A DNA stretch of 63,110 bases, the filler included, from Pelomyxa schiedti (taxonomy: Eukaryota; Protista; Evosea), in assembly GCA_020536535.1 (NCBI GenBank). It is 5 parts of 5 records of this genome, joined end to end, with 100 filler letters (N's around TTAATTAATTAA, not from the genome) between each part and the next. Parts side by side here need not be neighbours in the genome. Positions count along the whole stretch, not along the records: positions 61,263 to 63,110 come from JAHLWZ010002241.1; 4 more parts are not named here. The stretch is one strand, 5' to 3'. This document shows positions 62,475-63,110 of this stretch, in pieces. Under the pieces are notes generated by a model that was not told the DNA's origin, searched no databases, and was given only the letters and a program-made list of their open reading frames with translations. How positions within the stretch are numbered: position 1 is the first letter of the stretch; each line of letters starts with the position of its first letter. The position numbers were made by a program, and so were the translations under genes.

Positions 62475-63110
62475 TTAAGGCTTCCAACGGAAACGGGTGC
62501 GGCTGAACTCTTCAATGTCATCCTGAGTGATACCAAGCTTGTCCATTGAGAACTGTGTGTGAAGCGGTGATGCCACCACAAATCCCATGAAGTTATGGAT
62601 GACAACATCCCTTGTGATGTCTTGGAAAAGCTCCAGCATCAACTCCCATGTGGCAAAGTCCACTTGTTGTCCAAAGTTAACAAATCGCTCATTTGCAGAA
62701 AGGAACTGTGTGTGAGTGAGTGAGTAGGGGAAGGCAGGGGGAACGGGAAGAATACCTGGGGAAGAGTGAATTTGAATCTGTTGAACAACCACCTCACACA
62801 GCTGCGTTTGTTGTTGGTAAGCATGCAAAAAAGCACTGCATGAATGACTTGTGGTGTGTTCGCGCTTCTATTTTGTCGTGTGGATCTTCTTCCACCCAAA
62901 AACAAAGAGGAGATCAAGAGCTTCACAATCTTGGAGGACCCTAGGGGGAAGGCACTGTACTCCTGTAAGGCACTCTCCAGCACAGAACAGGAGAATTGAC
63001 CAAGGCACAACACTTGCTGAATCTGGGAAGTTGTGCCACACTTCACTAAGTGGAGAAGCAACTTAGAGAGGATCTGAGGGTTGGTCACAGGGCACAAGGA
63101 AAACTTCTTC
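62475..63110 (-). CDS. 3' end of another member of the ankyrin-like family seen at 5608-7862
   Basis: NNKRSCVRWLFNRFKFTLPQV | VDFATWELMLELFQDIT...VASPLHTQFSMDKLGIT parallels NNTRCAEWLIHNFEVTLEEV | ISFPMWKMLLRVFPEIT...SSPVHIEFAMKAVGIT, with the intron at the same position. Confidence 0.7.

Overview
Gene-dense eukaryotic scaffold with many very short (about 35-130 nt) spliceosomal introns. The gene families and intron style suggest an anaerobic amoebozoan (Archamoebae, Pelomyxa-like); that assignment is inference only. Five 100-nt N gaps are present, four carrying a TTAATTAATTAA spacer, so adjacency across gaps is unproven. Housekeeping genes include an Ldh_2-family dehydrogenase (5' end), a SYP7-like SNARE, CSN4, a UFSP protease, acetyl-CoA synthetase, a GH65 glucosidase, calcineurin A-like phosphatase, APE2-like endonuclease and RNF123/KPC1. 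The most unusual items are: (1) a head-to-head pair of TRIM-like E3 ligases (RING-Bbox-Bbox-coiled coil) ending in an olfactomedin domain whose differences fall in discrete patches; (2) a Rho GTPase-Kelch-F-box-Hint(Vint) fusion; (3) an adjacent F-box + pseudo-GTPase-CAAX gene; (4) an unassigned, highly structured ~390-nt RNA candidate with six G-rich pentaloop hairpins and a T7 run; (5) a DD36E Tc1/IS630-type transposase next to an intronless R-S-ExE ADP-ribosyltransferase; (6) a SHOCT-histone H2B variant with an acidic tail. Multi-exon gene coordinates are outer bounds read by eye.
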